Assembly: GCA_018224485.1 (NCBI GenBank)
Contig: JAGTVE010000012.1
Location: 1-49,002, forward strand
Direction: 5' to 3'
From: Thioalkalivibrio sp.
GTDB lineage: Bacteria > Pseudomonadota > Gammaproteobacteria > Ectothiorhodospirales > Ectothiorhodospiraceae
DNA length: 49,002 bases
Part shown: positions 19,571-31,452 of the stretch, piece by piece
Position numbering within the stretch: the stretch's first letter is position 1
Layout: every line of letters begins with the position of its first letter
Notes under the pieces: generated by a model
Seen by the model: the letters and a program-made list of their open reading frames with translations, nothing else
Database searches by the model: none
What the model was told of the DNA's origin: nothing
Translations under genes and position numbers: made by a program

Positions 19571-20509
19571 GTGAACAACAGCGTCCCGCATATACCGGTG
19601 CTGCTGGAGGCGGTGCTGGAGGGCCTCGCGATCCAGCCTGCCGGCCGCTACGTGGACGGCACCTTCGGGCGGGGCGGGCACAGCCGGGCCATCCTCTCGC
19701 GGCTGGGACCCCGGGGTGCGCTGCTGGCAATGGATCGCGACCCTGCCGCTCGCGACGCCGCCCGGCAGCTGGCGGCCGATCCCCGCTTCACATTCACAAG
19801 GGAGCGCTTTTCGCACATGGTTGAGGCGATCCAGCAACACTGGCCCGAAGGCGGGGTCGACGGGGTGCTGCTGGACCTGGGGGTCTCCTCGCCGCAGCTG
19901 GACGAGTCGGCGCGCGGCTTCAGCTTTCAGAAGGACGGCCCTCTGGACATGCGCATGGATCCGGATGCGGGTACCCCGGTCTGCGAGTGGCTCAACCGGG
20001 CCGACCAAAAGGCGATCGCCGACACCATCTACAGCCTGGGCGAGGAACGCCATTCCCGCCGCATCGCCCGCGCGATCGTCGATGCCCGGCGCAGCGCCCC
20101 GATCACCCGCACCGCGCAGCTGGCGGATCTGGTGCGCCGCGCGGTGCCGCGCAGCGAGCCCGGCCGGCACCCGGCGACCCGTACCTTCCAGGCGCTGCGC
20201 ATCCTGGCAAACGATGAACTGGGCGAGCTGAAGGTCTGGCTGGAGACCATTCCGGCGGTGCTCAGGCCGGGGGCAAGGCTGGTGGTGATGAGTTTCCACT
20301 CGCTCGAGGACCGCATGGTCAAGCGCGCATTCCAGGGACGCACGGATGTCGCCGGGTCACGTCTGCCGCGGGGTCTTCCGGTCGAGCCCGCGGTCACGGA
20401 GCCCCCGCTTCGGACCGTCGGCAAGCCGGTGCGTCCGGACCCGCGGGAATGCGAGCGCAACCCGCGGGCGCGCTCCGCGGTGCTGCGGGTCGCGGAGAGG
20501 AACCCGTGA
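19571..20509 (+). CDS. rsmH: 16S rRNA m4C1402 methyltransferase
   Basis: HIPVLL, DGTFGRGGHS, DLGVSSPQLD, PLDMRMD, TRTFQALRI, SFHSLEDR, NPRARSA. Confidence 0.97.
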   Translation: MNNSVPHIPVLLEAVLEGLAIQPAGRYVDGTFGRGGHSRAILSRLGPRGALLAMDRDPAARDAARQLAADPRFTFTRERFSHMVEAIQQHWPEGGVDGVLLDLGVSSPQLDESARGFSFQKDGPLDMRMDPDAGTPVCEWLNRADQKAIADTIYSLGEERHSRRIARAIVDARRSAPITRTAQLADLVRRAVPRSEPGRHPATRTFQALRILANDELGELKVWLETIPAVLRPGARLVVMSFHSLEDRMVKRAFQGRTDVAGSRLPRGLPVEPAVTEPPLRTVGKPVRPDPRECERNPRARSAVLRVAERNP

Positions 20510-20790
20510 GCCGGGTGCTGATCCTCCAGGTCCTGCTGGCGGCGCTGGTCTTCGCGTCGGCGATCGGCGTGGTCGTTGCGCGTCACGAGGCACGGCAGGC
20601 CTTCATCGAGCACCAGGCGCAGCTGAAGCAGCGCGATGCGCTGAACCTCGAGTGGACACAGCTTCAGCTCGAGCAGGCCACATGGGCGACACAGGCGAGG
20701 ATCGAGACCAGCGCGCGGGAGCGCCTGAACATGATCCGCCCCGGACCGGACCGGACCATCTACGTCGAGGGTGGCTCATGGGCGCGCTGA
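20506..20790 (+). CDS. ftsL: Cell division protein FtsL
   Basis: TM followed by a coiled coil, EW..LQLEQ.T.....RIE..AR..L.M; GTGA overlap with rsmH. Confidence 0.92.
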   Translation: MSRVLILQVLLAALVFASAIGVVVARHEARQAFIEHQAQLKQRDALNLEWTQLQLEQATWATQARIETSARERLNMIRPGPDRTIYVEGGSWAR

Positions 20791-22496
20791 GACGCGAGGT
20801 TAGCCACTGGCGCCTGAAGGTGCTCGCGGCCGGTCTGCTCGTGTTTACCGCGATGCTGGTGCTCCGTGCACTGGACCTCCAGGTGCTGAAGCAGGAATTC
20901 CTGCAGGGTCAGGGCGAGGCGCGGCAGGTCCGCACCATCGTGGAACCGGCGCACCGGGGGATGATCACCGACCGCAACGGCGAGCCCCTTGCGATCTCCG
21001 GCCCGGTGGAGACCGTCTGGGCGCATCCGGGCGAGCTGCTGGACGCGGCCGAACGGCTGCCCGAGCTGGCGCGCGTGCTCGAGCTCGAGCCGGCGGTGCT
21101 TCGGGCCCGCATCGAGACGCGTGCCGATCGTGAATTCGTCTACCTCAGGCGCCATCTGCCCCCGGAACAGGCGCAGCAGGTGTCCGCGTTACATGTGCCC
21201 GGCGTCGCGCTGATGCGGGAATTCCGCCGCTACTATCCCCATGGCGAGGCCACCGCGCACATCATCGGCTTCACCGACATCGACGAGCGCGGCCAGGAGG
21301 GCATGGAGCTGGCGTTCGACGGCTGGCTCTCCGGGAGGCCCGGAGCGAAGCGCGTGCTCCGCGACCGTCATGGTCAGAGCATCCGTGACGTGGCCGCGAT
21401 CCGCGCGGCCCAGGACGGGCACGATCTGCGCCTTACCATCGACCAGCGCCTGCAGTATCTCGCCTACCGCGAGCTGAAGGCCGCGGTGCAGGCGCACCAG
21501 GCCCGCGGAGGTTCTGCGGTGCTGGTGGACGCCCTCAGCGGCGACATCCTCGCCCTGGTGAACCAGCCCGGTTTCAATCCGAACAACCGGGTCCGGCTGG
21601 ACCTGTCACTGACGCGGAACCGCGCGGTCACCGACACGCTGGAGCCGGGTTCCGTGATCAAGCCGTTCACCGTGGCCGCGGCGCTGGAGACCGGCACCGT
21701 GAGCGCGGACGTGGAGCTCGACACGGCCCCGGGCACGATGCGGGTCGGGCGGCACACGGTCCGCGACATCCGGGACTTCGGACGCATCGATCTGACCACG
21801 CTGATCTCCCGCTCCTCGAATGTCGGTTCCACGCAACTCGCGCTGGAGACCCCTCCCGGAGATTTCTGGCGCATGCTGGACCGCGCCGGATTCGGGCGCC
21901 ACCTGGAGACCGGGCTGCCGGGCGAGACCAGGGGGCTGCTGCGGGACTTCCCGACCTGGCGCCGCGTCGAGCAGGCCACGCTCGGTTACGGCTACGGACT
22001 GTCGGTGACACCGCTGCATCTCGCCGCCGCCTATACCGTCTTCGCCAACGACGGCCAGCGGATACCCCTGAGGCTGGTGGAAACGGCCGGCGATGAACGC
22101 CGGCCCGAGGCCGTGATGAGCCGTGACACCGCGGGGCAGATCCTGGCGATGATGGAGCATGTGACCGGTGCCGAGGGCACGGCGCGCCAGGCGACGATCG
22201 CCGGCTATCGGGTCGCGGGCAAGACCGGAACCAGCCGCAAGGCCATTGCCGGCGGTTATGCCTCCGACCGCTACCACTCCGCCTTCGTCGGCGTGGCTCC
22301 GGTATCGAATCCGCGTTTCGTGATGGTGGTAGTGATCGACGAACCCGACGACGGCGTGTACTACGGCGGCGCGGTTGCGGCACCGGTCTTCTCGACCGTG
22401 GTGGAGAGCGCCCTGCGACTGTTCAACGTGCCGCCGGACCGGCTCGGGGTACCGGAACTGCGCATGGCGCAGGAGCAGGGAGGACCGCGATCATGA
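20778..22496 (+). CDS. ftsI: PBP3 transpeptidase FtsI
   Basis: RGMITDRNG, RRYYP.GE, EPGSVIK (SxxK), SSN, KTGT. Confidence 0.97.
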   Translation: MGALRREVSHWRLKVLAAGLLVFTAMLVLRALDLQVLKQEFLQGQGEARQVRTIVEPAHRGMITDRNGEPLAISGPVETVWAHPGELLDAAERLPELARVLELEPAVLRARIETRADREFVYLRRHLPPEQAQQVSALHVPGVALMREFRRYYPHGEATAHIIGFTDIDERGQEGMELAFDGWLSGRPGAKRVLRDRHGQSIRDVAAIRAAQDGHDLRLTIDQRLQYLAYRELKAAVQAHQARGGSAVLVDALSGDILALVNQPGFNPNNRVRLDLSLTRNRAVTDTLEPGSVIKPFTVAAALETGTVSADVELDTAPGTMRVGRHTVRDIRDFGRIDLTTLISRSSNVGSTQLALETPPGDFWRMLDRAGFGRHLETGLPGETRGLLRDFPTWRRVEQATLGYGYGLSVTPLHLAAAYTVFANDGQRIPLRLVETAGDERRPEAVMSRDTAGQILAMMEHVTGAEGTARQATIAGYRVAGKTGTSRKAIAGGYASDRYHSAFVGVAPVSNPRFVMVVVIDEPDDGVYYGGAVAAPVFSTVVESALRLFNVPPDRLGVPELRMAQEQGGPRS

Positions 22497-23986
22497 CCGC
22501 CGCGGCATTGCCGCTCTCGTGCCTGCTGCCGGAGGGGCGGGGCCTCCCCGAGATCCGGGTGCGGGGCCTCTCGATGAGCAGCGCGGACCTGGCGCCCGGC
22601 TGGGCCTTCGTCGCGTTGGGTGGCACGCGGGCCCACGGTCTGGACTTCGCCGCCGATGCGCTGGCGCAGGGTGCGGTCGCGGTGCTGTGGGATGAGCGGG
22701 CGGATCCGGGGTTCGGGGATCCGCGATTCGTGCGCGTATCCGGCCTGCGCGGGCGACTGCCGGAACTGGCGCGCCGGCTCTTCGGCGCCTGGCCCGAGCA
22801 GCGGCCGCTGATCGCGATCACGGGTACCGACGGCAAGACCTCCGTCAGCCACCAGGTCAGCATTGCACTGGCCGGACTGGGCGTCCGCTGTGCGGTGATC
22901 GGAACACTGGGTGTCGGCTCCCCGGAGACACTGACTCCCACCGGCCACACGACGCCCGACGTGCTGCAGCTCCACCGGCATCTCGGGGAACTGGCGCGCG
23001 ACGGTTATGACGCGGTGGCACTGGAGGCCTCGTCCCATGCCCTGGTCCAGGGACGGCTCGAGGGACTGCGCCCCACGGTTGCGGTGCTGACCCACCTCGG
23101 ACGCGATCACCTGGACTACCACGGATCGATGGAGGCCTACGGGGAGGCGAAGTCCCGGCTGTTCCGGATACCCGGGCTCGGGGCGGCGGTGCTCAATGCC
23201 GACGACGCCCTCGGCCGCCGTCTCTTCGAGGAGATCGGCCGGGATCCGGAACGGATCGCCGGCTGCTGGTCCTACGGCGGCGGACCGGCACCGGGCGCGG
23301 CCGAACGTCACGTCCGCGCGGACCGCATCAGGGCCAGCGGCGACGGCCTCGCCTTCGACGTGACGATCGGATCCCTGCACGGGCGGGTGCGGGCGCCGCT
23401 GCTCGGGACCTTTCAGGTGGCGAATCTGCTCGCCACCCTGGGCACCCTGCTGGCCCTGGGGCATCCGCCGGAGCCCGCCATGCGCGCGCTCGACCGCGTG
23501 CGGGGCGTGCCGGGTCGGATGGAACGGTTCACGGTGCCGGGCGGTCCGGTCCTGGTCGTGGACTACGCACATACCGCGCGGGCGCTGGAGGCGGCGCTGC
23601 TGGCACTGCGGCCCCATACCGAGGGACGCCTGCGGGTGGTCTTCGGGTGTGGCGGCAACCGTGATCCGGGCAAACGTCCGATGATGGGCGAGGTGGCCAG
23701 CCGGCTTGCCGACGAAGTCATCGTGACCGATGACAACCCACGCGAAGAGGACCCCGGCGCGATCCGTCGCGAGGTCCTGCGCGGCTGTTCCGGACCGGCG
23801 GTGGTGCGCGACACCGGATCCCGGGCCACGGCCATCGAGACCGCCGTGGCCGAGTCTGGTGCAGGCGACGTCGTGCTGATCGCCGGCAAGGGACACGAGA
23901 CGACCCAGAACGTGGCCGGCAGGGAGCTGCCGTTCAGTGACCGCGAGGTGGCGCGGCGGCTGGCGGCGGGGAGTGCCGGCCCATGA
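22493..23986 (+). CDS. murE: UDP-MurNAc-tripeptide synthetase (meso-DAP)
   Basis: TGTDGKTS, HTTP, EASSH, DHLDYH, VDYAHT, DNPR (DAP specificity), AGKGHE. Confidence 0.96.
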   Translation: MTAAALPLSCLLPEGRGLPEIRVRGLSMSSADLAPGWAFVALGGTRAHGLDFAADALAQGAVAVLWDERADPGFGDPRFVRVSGLRGRLPELARRLFGAWPEQRPLIAITGTDGKTSVSHQVSIALAGLGVRCAVIGTLGVGSPETLTPTGHTTPDVLQLHRHLGELARDGYDAVALEASSHALVQGRLEGLRPTVAVLTHLGRDHLDYHGSMEAYGEAKSRLFRIPGLGAAVLNADDALGRRLFEEIGRDPERIAGCWSYGGGPAPGAAERHVRADRIRASGDGLAFDVTIGSLHGRVRAPLLGTFQVANLLATLGTLLALGHPPEPAMRALDRVRGVPGRMERFTVPGGPVLVVDYAHTARALEAALLALRPHTEGRLRVVFGCGGNRDPGKRPMMGEVASRLADEVIVTDDNPREEDPGAIRREVLRGCSGPAVVRDTGSRATAIETAVAESGAGDVVLIAGKGHETTQNVAGRELPFSDREVARRLAAGSAGP

Positions 23987-25359
23987 TCGAGCTGCTCACT
24001 GGCGAGTTGGCCCGCCTGGTCGGGGGCGAGCTGCATGGACCGGACGACGTCCGGATCCTCGGCGTCAGCCGCGATTCCCGTGAACAGAGACCGCAGGCCC
24101 TGTTCGTCGCGCTGCGTGGCGAGCGCTTCGACGGCCATGACTTCATCGGCCCGGAACTCGCGGCGGCCGCGCTGCTGGTCGAGCGCTTGGTGGACGACCC
24201 GCGACCCCGGATCGTGGTGGACGACACCCTTGCCGCGCTTGCCCGTCTGGCCAGCGCCTGGCGCGCTCGCTGCCCTGCCCGGGTGCTGGCGCTGACCGGG
24301 TCCAACGGCAAGACCACGACGAAGGAGATGCTCCGTGCGGTCCTGTCCCGGGTCGGCCGGGTTCACGCGACCCAGGGCAACCTGAACAATCACATCGGGG
24401 TGCCACTGACCCTGCTCGAACTGCCGATGGACGCCGATTTCGCGGTGATCGAGATGGGGGCGAATCACGCCGGCGAGGTCGCCCGGCTGACGCAGTGGAC
24501 GCAACCGGACGTGGCACTGATCACCAATGCCGGTCGCGCCCACCTCGACGGGTTCGGCAGCCTCGAGGGCGTCGCGCGGGCGAAGGGCGAGATCTACCAG
24601 GGACTGTCCGCGGGTGGCGGCACGGCCGTGATCAACCTCGACGATCGCTTCGCGGACTACTGGCTGTCGCTGAACCGCGATCGCCGGTGCACCGGCTTTT
24701 CGCTGCAGGGGCTCGGCGACGTGCGGGGGGTCTGGCACCACCCGGATCGGCTCGAAATGGACCTGCAGGGCGCGCGGCGCCAGCTGACCCTCGCCGCGCC
24801 CGGCCGCCACATCGCCCAGAACGCGCTCGCGGCGGCAGCGGCGGCCAGTGCCGTGGGCTGCGGAATCGAGGATATCGCGCGCGGACTGGAGGACTGGCGT
24901 CCTGTCGCGGGGCGCATGCGCGTATTCCGTGAGGCCTCCGGGGCCCGGATCTGGGACGACACCTACAACGCGAACCCCGAGAGCCTCGTGGCCGCCCTGC
25001 AGGTGCTTGCCGCGGACTCAGGGGAGACGGTGCTGGTGCTGGGCGAGATGAGCGAACTGGGTCAGGGAGCCCGGGAGATGCATGCGGAGATGGGCCGCAA
25101 GGCCCGGGAGCTGGGGGTGCACCGGCTGCTCGCGCTGGGAAGCCTGACGCCGGTGGCGGTGGAGGCCTTTGGCCCGGGAGCGGAGTGGTTCCCGAGCCAC
25201 GCGGCTCTCGCGGCCGCACTGCGCGCGTGTCTGCGACCCGGGATGGCCGTGCTGATCAAGGGTTCGCGCAGTCAGCGCATGGAGGCCGTTCTCGCGGAGC
25301 TCGAGCTGGAGGTTGCGCCAGCAGACGGAGGGGTGGCCCATGCTGCTGGCGCTCGCTGA
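23983..25359 (+). CDS. murF: UDP-MurNAc-tripeptide--D-Ala-D-Ala ligase
   Basis: [43 protein letters not shown]. Confidence 0.96.
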   Translation: MIELLTGELARLVGGELHGPDDVRILGVSRDSREQRPQALFVALRGERFDGHDFIGPELAAAALLVERLVDDPRPRIVVDDTLAALARLASAWRARCPARVLALTGSNGKTTTKEMLRAVLSRVGRVHATQGNLNNHIGVPLTLLELPMDADFAVIEMGANHAGEVARLTQWTQPDVALITNAGRAHLDGFGSLEGVARAKGEIYQGLSAGGGTAVINLDDRFADYWLSLNRDRRCTGFSLQGLGDVRGVWHHPDRLEMDLQGARRQLTLAAPGRHIAQNALAAAAAASAVGCGIEDIARGLEDWRPVAGRMRVFREASGARIWDDTYNANPESLVAALQVLAADSGETVLVLGEMSELGQGAREMHAEMGRKARELGVHRLLALGSLTPVAVEAFGPGAEWFPSHAALAAALRACLRPGMAVLIKGSRSQRMEAVLAELELEVAPADGGVAHAAGAR

Positions 25360-26425
25360 CTGGCTCGCCCAGTACTACCGCGGATTCACCGTGTTCCAGT
25401 ACCTGACCCTGCGCGCGATCCTCGGCGTGGTGACGGCCCTGGTCATCGCGCTGCTGGTCGGTCCGGCGATGATCCGGCGTCTGACGATCCAGAAGATCGG
25501 GCAGCAGATTCGCAGCGATGGCCCGGAGTCCCACCTGTCAAAGGCCGGCACGCCCACGATGGGCGGGGCGTTGATCCTGGTCGCGGTGGCGGTCGCCACG
25601 ATTCTCTGGAGCGACCTGAGCAACCGCTTCGTGTGGATCATACTGCTCACGACCCTCGCGTTTGGTGGGCTCGGCGCCTGGGACGACTACCTGAAGCTGC
25701 GCTATGGCAACAGCCGGGGGCTGAGCGCACGCGTGAAGCTGGCCTGGCAGACGGTCTTTGCCCTCGTGGCCGCGGTGGTGATCGTCGTCACCGCACAGTC
25801 GCCGGTCGAAACCACCTTCTTCGTTCCGGTGTTCAAGGACGTACAGATCCATCTCGCCTGGTGGCTCTTCGTGCCACTGGTATGGCTCGTGGTCGTGGGG
25901 TCGTCGAACGCGGTCAACCTGACCGACGGGCTCGACGGCCTCGCGATCATGCCTGCAGTGCTGGTGGCCGGCGCACTCGGCGTCTTCGCCTATGCGGCCG
26001 GGCACGCGGTGTTCGCCGAATACCTCGGCACCCCCGCGGTGCCCGGTGTCGGCGAACTGGTGGTCTTCACCGGGGCGCTGGTCGGCGCGGGGCTCGGGTT
26101 TCTCTGGTTCAACGCCTACCCCGCGCAGGTGTTCATGGGGGATGTCGGTGCGCTCGCCCTGGGTGCGGCACTGGGTATGCTCGCGATCCTGAGCCGCCAG
26201 GAGGTGGTGCTGCTGATCATGGGCGGCATCTTCGTGATCGAGACCGTCTCGGTGATGCTGCAGGTCGCCTCCTACAAGCTCACCGGGCGCCGCATGTTCC
26301 GCATGGCGCCCATTCACCACCACTTCGAACTCCAGGGCTGGCCGGAACCGCGGGTGATCGTGCGGTTCTGGATCCTGACGGTGGTGTTCGTGCTGATCGG
26401 GCTGGCGACCCTGAAGATCCGATGA
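25340..26425 (+). CDS. mraY: Phospho-N-acetylmuramoyl-pentapeptide transferase
   Basis: [41 protein letters not shown]. Confidence 0.98.
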   Translation: MLLALADWLAQYYRGFTVFQYLTLRAILGVVTALVIALLVGPAMIRRLTIQKIGQQIRSDGPESHLSKAGTPTMGGALILVAVAVATILWSDLSNRFVWIILLTTLAFGGLGAWDDYLKLRYGNSRGLSARVKLAWQTVFALVAAVVIVVTAQSPVETTFFVPVFKDVQIHLAWWLFVPLVWLVVVGSSNAVNLTDGLDGLAIMPAVLVAGALGVFAYAAGHAVFAEYLGTPAVPGVGELVVFTGALVGAGLGFLWFNAYPAQVFMGDVGALALGAALGMLAILSRQEVVLLIMGGIFVIETVSVMLQVASYKLTGRRMFRMAPIHHHFELQGWPEPRVIVRFWILTVVFVLIGLATLKIR

Positions 26426-27765
26426 GCGAGACCGCCGCCATCACGAAACCGGATACCCTGGTTGTCGGGCTGGGGGCCACCGGTCTGTCGGTCGCCCGCC
26501 ACCTGGCGGGCCGGGGCGAGGCCTTCGCGATCACCGACACCCGCGACGCCCCGGCGGGACTGGCGCGACTCGCGGAGATTCCGGGCGCGGAGAGCCGCTG
26601 GGCCGGACCCCTCGCGGCACTGGATCCGGGGGTGTGGCGGCGCATCGTGATCTCGCCCGGAGTGCCGGTGGCACTGCCGGAACTGGAGCGCGCCGCAGCC
26701 GCAGGCGCCGAGATCGTGGGGGACATCGAACTCTTCGCCCGCTCGGTCCGCCAGCCGGTGCTCGGCATCACCGGTTCCAACGGCAAGAGCACCGTCACCG
26801 CGCTGTCGGGTGCATTGCTCGAGGCGCAGGGCCGCCGGGTGGCCGTGGGCGGCAATTTCGGCACGCCTGCACTCGACCTGCTCGACGAGGACGCGGAGCT
26901 CTACGTGCTGGAGCTCTCGAGCTTCCAGCTCGAGACCACGCGCAGCCTGGCCCCCGCCGGTGCGGCAATACTCAACATCTCCGCCGATCACCTCGACCGC
27001 TATGCGGACCTGGAGGCCTATGCCGCGGCGAAGGCGCGGATCCTGAGGGGCGCGCAGCGCATCGTGGTGAACCGGCAGGACCCTGTCGTCGCCGGTCTCG
27101 CAGCCGGGCGCGGCGCGGTGACCTTCGGCCTCGACGAGCCGGCGGGTCCGGAGGACTTCGGCATCCTCGAGCTAGGGGGTCAGACGTGGCTCGCTCGCGG
27201 CGCGACGTCCCTGTTCCCGACCGCCGGCCTGTTCGTGCACGGTCGCCACAACTGGCTCAACGCCCTCGCGGCGCTGGCGCTCTGCTGGCCGTGGCTGGAG
27301 GATCCGGCGCGATGGCAGCCCGCGCTGGGGGGCTTCGTCGGGTTGCCGTACCGCTCCCGGCCGGTCGCCCGGCACCGGGACGTGGACTACGTCGACGATT
27401 CCAAGGGCACCAACGTGGGCGCCACCCTGGCCGCCATCCGTGGCGTCGCCGGTCCGCTCATCCTGATCGCGGGCGGGCAGGGCAAGGGACAGGACTTCGC
27501 GCCGCTGGCGGATGCGCTGGTCGGCAAGGCGCGCGGGGTGGTGCTGCTCGGCGCCGACGCCCCGGCGATCGCGCAGGCCCTGAACGGCTCGGTGCCGGTG
27601 CGGATCGTCGACAGCATGGAGGAGGCCGTGGCAGGAGCCGCCCAGTGGGCGCAGGCGGGAGACACCGTGCTGCTTTCTCCCGCCTGCGCCAGCCTGGACA
27701 TGTTCGCGAACTACGCGGAGCGCGGCGACCGTTTCGCCGCCGCGGTACGGGGGCTTGGCACATGA
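26422..27765 (+). CDS. murD: UDP-MurNAc-L-Ala--D-Glu ligase
   Basis: [49 protein letters not shown]. Confidence 0.96.
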   Translation: MSETAAITKPDTLVVGLGATGLSVARHLAGRGEAFAITDTRDAPAGLARLAEIPGAESRWAGPLAALDPGVWRRIVISPGVPVALPELERAAAAGAEIVGDIELFARSVRQPVLGITGSNGKSTVTALSGALLEAQGRRVAVGGNFGTPALDLLDEDAELYVLELSSFQLETTRSLAPAGAAILNISADHLDRYADLEAYAAAKARILRGAQRIVVNRQDPVVAGLAAGRGAVTFGLDEPAGPEDFGILELGGQTWLARGATSLFPTAGLFVHGRHNWLNALAALALCWPWLEDPARWQPALGGFVGLPYRSRPVARHRDVDYVDDSKGTNVGATLAAIRGVAGPLILIAGGQGKGQDFAPLADALVGKARGVVLLGADAPAIAQALNGSVPVRIVDSMEEAVAGAAQWAQAGDTVLLSPACASLDMFANYAERGDRFAAAVRGLGT

Positions 27766-28934
27766 TCCCTGATCTGCCGATCCCGCGCCTCACCGCACCG
27801 CGGGTCGCGGCGGGCCTCGATGCGCCGCTGCTGCTCGCGGTGTGCGCACTGCTGGCACTGGGGCTGGTGATGGTGGCCTCGTCGTCGATGGAACTCGCCG
27901 GGCGCGACTTCGGCAACCCCTATCACTTCCTCCACCGGCAACTGCTGTTCGCGGTGCTCGGCAGCGGCGCTGCGCTGTTCTTCCTCGCCGTGCCCCTGGG
28001 CCGCTGGGAGCGCGCAGGTCCGTTCCTGCTGCTGCTGATCATGCTGCTGCTGATCGCGGTCCTGCTGCCCGGGGTGGGCCGCACCGTGAACGGAGCCACC
28101 CGCTGGATCCCCCTCGGCGTCTTCAATCTCCAGGTCTCCGAGCCGGTAAAGCTGATGGTGGTGCTGTATCTCTCCGGCTACATCGTGCGCCACTACTCCA
28201 ACCTGCGGCTGCATTTCGTCGGCTTCGTGCGCCCGCTGACTGTGCTGGGTCTCGGCACGGTGCTGCTGCTGCTGCAACCCGACTTCGGCGGCGCCGCGAT
28301 CATGCTGGCGATCGGGATGGGGATGCTGTTCCTTGCCGGCGCAAAGCTCTGGCAGTTCCTGGCCCTTGGCGCCACCATCTTCGGGGCAATGGCGGTGATC
28401 GCGGTCGCGACACCCTACCGGGTCGCACGCCTGACCGCCTTCCTTGATCCCTGGCAGGATCCCTTTGCATCGGGTTTCCAGCTGACCCAGTCCCTGATCG
28501 CGATCGGGTCTGGATCCTGGCTGGGCGCCGGCCTGGGGGGCAGCGTGCAGAAGCTCTTCTACCTGCCGGAGGCCCACAACGACTTCCTGTTCGCGGTCTT
28601 TGCCGAGGAATTCGGTTTCGTGGGCGTGGTGGCCCTGATTGCGCTGTTCCTGCTGCTGGTCTGGCGCGCCTTCCGGATCGGCCTGCTCGCGGAGCGGGGA
28701 GGGCACGCCTTCGGTTCCCACGTCGCCTTCGGCATCGGCATCTGGATCGGGCTGCAGGCCGCCGTGAACCTTGCCGTGAACATGGGGCTGCTGCCAACCA
28801 AGGGGCTGACCCTTCCCTTGCTGAGTTACGGAGGCAGTTCACTGATCGTGACCCTTGCGGCCATCGGTCTGCTGCTGCGGGTGAACTGGGAGGCACAGGT
28901 GCCGGTGCCCCGGGTCCGGAGGGGCGGGCGATGA
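27762..28934 (+). CDS. ftsW: SEDS peptidoglycan polymerase FtsW
   Basis: NGATRWI, Q.SE..K, LQPDFG, DPW.DPF..GFQL.QS, YLPEAHNDF, LPTKGLTLP..SYGGSS. Confidence 0.97.
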   Translation: MIPDLPIPRLTAPRVAAGLDAPLLLAVCALLALGLVMVASSSMELAGRDFGNPYHFLHRQLLFAVLGSGAALFFLAVPLGRWERAGPFLLLLIMLLLIAVLLPGVGRTVNGATRWIPLGVFNLQVSEPVKLMVVLYLSGYIVRHYSNLRLHFVGFVRPLTVLGLGTVLLLLQPDFGGAAIMLAIGMGMLFLAGAKLWQFLALGATIFGAMAVIAVATPYRVARLTAFLDPWQDPFASGFQLTQSLIAIGSGSWLGAGLGGSVQKLFYLPEAHNDFLFAVFAEEFGFVGVVALIALFLLLVWRAFRIGLLAERGGHAFGSHVAFGIGIWIGLQAAVNLAVNMGLLPTKGLTLPLLSYGGSSLIVTLAAIGLLLRVNWEAQVPVPRVRRGGR

Positions 28935-30034
28935 CCGTGGCGGCGCCCCACGTGCTGGTGATGGCGGGCGGGACCGGCGGCCACGTGTTTCCGGGACTCG
29001 CAGTGGCCTCGGTGCTGCGGCAGGACGGCTGCCGGGTCTCCTGGCTGGGGAGCGCGGGGGGGATGGAGACGACCCTGGTGCCGGAGGCGGGCGTCGAGCT
29101 CTTCACCCTGCCCGTCACGGGTCTGCGCGGGAAGGGCCTGGTCAGCTGGCTGCTCGCTCCGTGGCGCCTCGGTATCTCGCTGTGGTCCGCGCTGGCACTG
29201 ATGCTGCGGCTGCGCCCGGACGTGGTCGTCGGCTTTGGCGGTTTCGCCTCCGGTCCGGGCGGGCTGATGGCATCGGCCCTTGGGAGGCCGCTGCTGGTGC
29301 ACGAACAGAACGCGGTGGCCGGGCTCACCAACCGCTGGCTCGCGCGGATCGCCGACCAGGTCTTTGCCGCGTTCCCGGACAGCTTTCCCGAATCGGTGGG
29401 TTGCCGGACGATCGGCAACCCGATCCGGCGGGATATCGCGGAGATGGACCCACCCGCGGGCCGTTGGAGGGCACGGAAGGGGCCCCTGCGCCTGCTCGTG
29501 CTCGGCGGCAGCCTGGGCGCGCTGAAACTGAACGAGGCGGTCCCGGCGGCATTGGCAACCCTGGCGCCGGACACGTGCCCGCAGGTGCGGCATCAGGCGG
29601 GAGAGCGCACGTTGGATACGGCGCGGGAGGCCTACCGTGCCGCCGGCGTGGATGCCGAGATCACTGCATTCATCGCGGACATGGCGGCGGCCTACGCCTG
29701 GGCCGATCTGGTGATCTGCCGGGCCGGTGCGCTCACGGTGTCCGAGGTCGCAGCCGCCGGGCTGGCGGCCGTGTTCGTGCCCTACCCGCACGCGGTCGAT
29801 GATCACCAGACCGCCAACGCCCGCTTCCTGGTCAACGCCGGTGCGGCCTGGTCCATCCCGGACCCCGAACTCACACCCGCGCGCCTTGGGGAACTGCTGG
29901 CCGGCCTTGACCGGGAGGCGCTCCTGGAGCGCGCGGAGCGGGCCCGTGCCGAGGCCAGAACGCAGGCGGCCGAGCAGCTTGCAGAGGCCTGCATCGCGGC
30001 GGCCCCGGAACGATCGCGGAGGAGGGCCCGATGA
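28931..30034 (+). CDS. murG: Undecaprenyl-PP-MurNAc-pentapeptide GlcNAc transferase
   Basis: AGGTGGH.FP, HEQNAV.G..N, GNP.R, GGSLGA, CRAGALT, DDHQT.NA. Confidence 0.97.
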   Translation: MTVAAPHVLVMAGGTGGHVFPGLAVASVLRQDGCRVSWLGSAGGMETTLVPEAGVELFTLPVTGLRGKGLVSWLLAPWRLGISLWSALALMLRLRPDVVVGFGGFASGPGGLMASALGRPLLVHEQNAVAGLTNRWLARIADQVFAAFPDSFPESVGCRTIGNPIRRDIAEMDPPAGRWRARKGPLRLLVLGGSLGALKLNEAVPAALATLAPDTCPQVRHQAGERTLDTAREAYRAAGVDAEITAFIADMAAAYAWADLVICRAGALTVSEVAAAGLAAVFVPYPHAVDDHQTANARFLVNAGAAWSIPDPELTPARLGELLAGLDREALLERAERARAEARTQAAEQLAEACIAAAPERSRRRAR

Positions 30035-31452
30035 CCGGCCCGCACGCATCCCGCCAGGCCATGCGCAGGATCCGCAGGATCCACTGCGTCGGCATCGGGG
30101 GCTCCGGAATGGGGGGCATTGCCGAGGTGCTGCACCAGCTGGGCTACCGGGTCTCCGGCTCGGACCTGCAGGACTCCGCCGTCACTCGGCGTCTCGCGAG
30201 TCTGGGGATCCCGGTGCTTCCGACCCACGCGGCCGATCATGTCGCGGATGCAGACGTGCTGGTCGTATCCAGCGCGATCGACCCGACCAATCCCGAGGTT
30301 GCGGCCGCGCGGGCACGCGGTATCCCGATCGTGCGTCGAGCCGAGATGCTGGCCGAGCTGATGCGCTTCCGCTTCGGTATCGCGGTGGCCGGCACGCACG
30401 GCAAGACGACCACCACCAGTCTGATCGCCAGCATCCTCGGAGAGGGCGGTCTTGACCCCACCTTCGTGATCGGGGGCCGTCTGAACAGCACCGCCAGCCA
30501 CTCCAGCCTCGGTCAGAGCGAGTACCTGGTCGCAGAGGCCGACGAGAGCGACGCGTCGTTCCTGCACCTGCAACCGATGATCAGCGTGGTCACCAACATC
30601 GATGCCGACCACCTGGGCACCTACGAGGGCGATTTCACGCGCCTGCGCGACACCTTCCTGGAATTCCTGCATCACCTGCCGTTCTACGGGCTGGCGGTGC
30701 TCTGCATCGACGACCCGGAGGTGCGCCGTCTGCTGAGCCGCCTCGAGCGCCCGCGCATCACCTACGGCTTCGACCGGGCCGCGGACGTGCGCGGGGCGAA
30801 CCTGAGGCAGGCGGGGGTGCGCACGCACTTCGATCTCCACCTGCCGGACCGGGATCCCGTTCCGGTGACCCTGAATCTGCCGGGTCGTCACAATGTCCTG
30901 AACGCCCTCGCCGCCTCGGCAGTAGCGCACGAACTCGAGGTCCCGCCGGACGCGCTGCAGCGCGCGCTGGAGGGTTTCCAGGGCATCGGCCGGCGGTTCC
31001 AGGTGCAGGAATGCCCGATCGCGGGCGGGTCGGTGACGCTGGTGGACGACTACGGACATCACCCGCGGGAGATCGCGGCGACCCTCGAGGCAGTGCGTGC
31101 CGCCTGGCCCGGGCGCCGCGTCCTGCTGGTCTTCCAGCCGCACCGCTTCACCCGGACGCGCGACCTCTTCGAGGACTTCGCCGAAGTGCTGTCGGCTCCG
31201 GATGGGCTCGTGCTCCTCGATGTCTATCGGGCCGGGGAGACCCCGATACCCAGTGCCGACGGGCGCACCCTGGCCCGGGCGATCCGCCTGCGCGGCCGGG
31301 TCGAGCCGGTGTTCGTGGAGTCGGTGCACGCGGTTTCGGGTGTGCTGGCCGGTCTGCTGGCCCCCGGCGACGTGGTGATCACCCAGGGCGCCGGGGATAT
31401 CGGGCAGCTCGCGGCGCGGCTTCCGGCCCTGTTGACGGAGGGGCGCAGATGA
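30031..31452 (+). CDS. murC: UDP-MurNAc--L-Ala ligase
   Basis: [39 protein letters not shown]. Confidence 0.97.
   Translation: MTGPHASRQAMRRIRRIHCVGIGGSGMGGIAEVLHQLGYRVSGSDLQDSAVTRRLASLGIPVLPTHAADHVADADVLVVSSAIDPTNPEVAAARARGIPIVRRAEMLAELMRFRFGIAVAGTHGKTTTTSLIASILGEGGLDPTFVIGGRLNSTASHSSLGQSEYLVAEADESDASFLHLQPMISVVTNIDADHLGTYEGDFTRLRDTFLEFLHHLPFYGLAVLCIDDPEVRRLLSRLERPRITYGFDRAADVRGANLRQAGVRTHFDLHLPDRDPVPVTLNLPGRHNVLNALAASAVAHELEVPPDALQRALEGFQGIGRRFQVQECPIAGGSVTLVDDYGHHPREIAATLEAVRAAWPGRRVLLVFQPHRFTRTRDLFEDFAEVLSAPDGLVLLDVYRAGETPIPSADGRTLARAIRLRGRVEPVFVESVHAVSGVLAGLLAPGDVVITQGAGDIGQLAARLPALLTEGRR

Noticed and set aside
25633-28934. Apparent 710-aa and 766-aa N-terminally extended MurD and FtsW
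   Set aside because: The extensions are off-frame readings of the upstream gene; true starts are the ATGA overlaps at 26422 and 27762. The same applies to the hisG, petC, ftsI, murB and coaE extensions.
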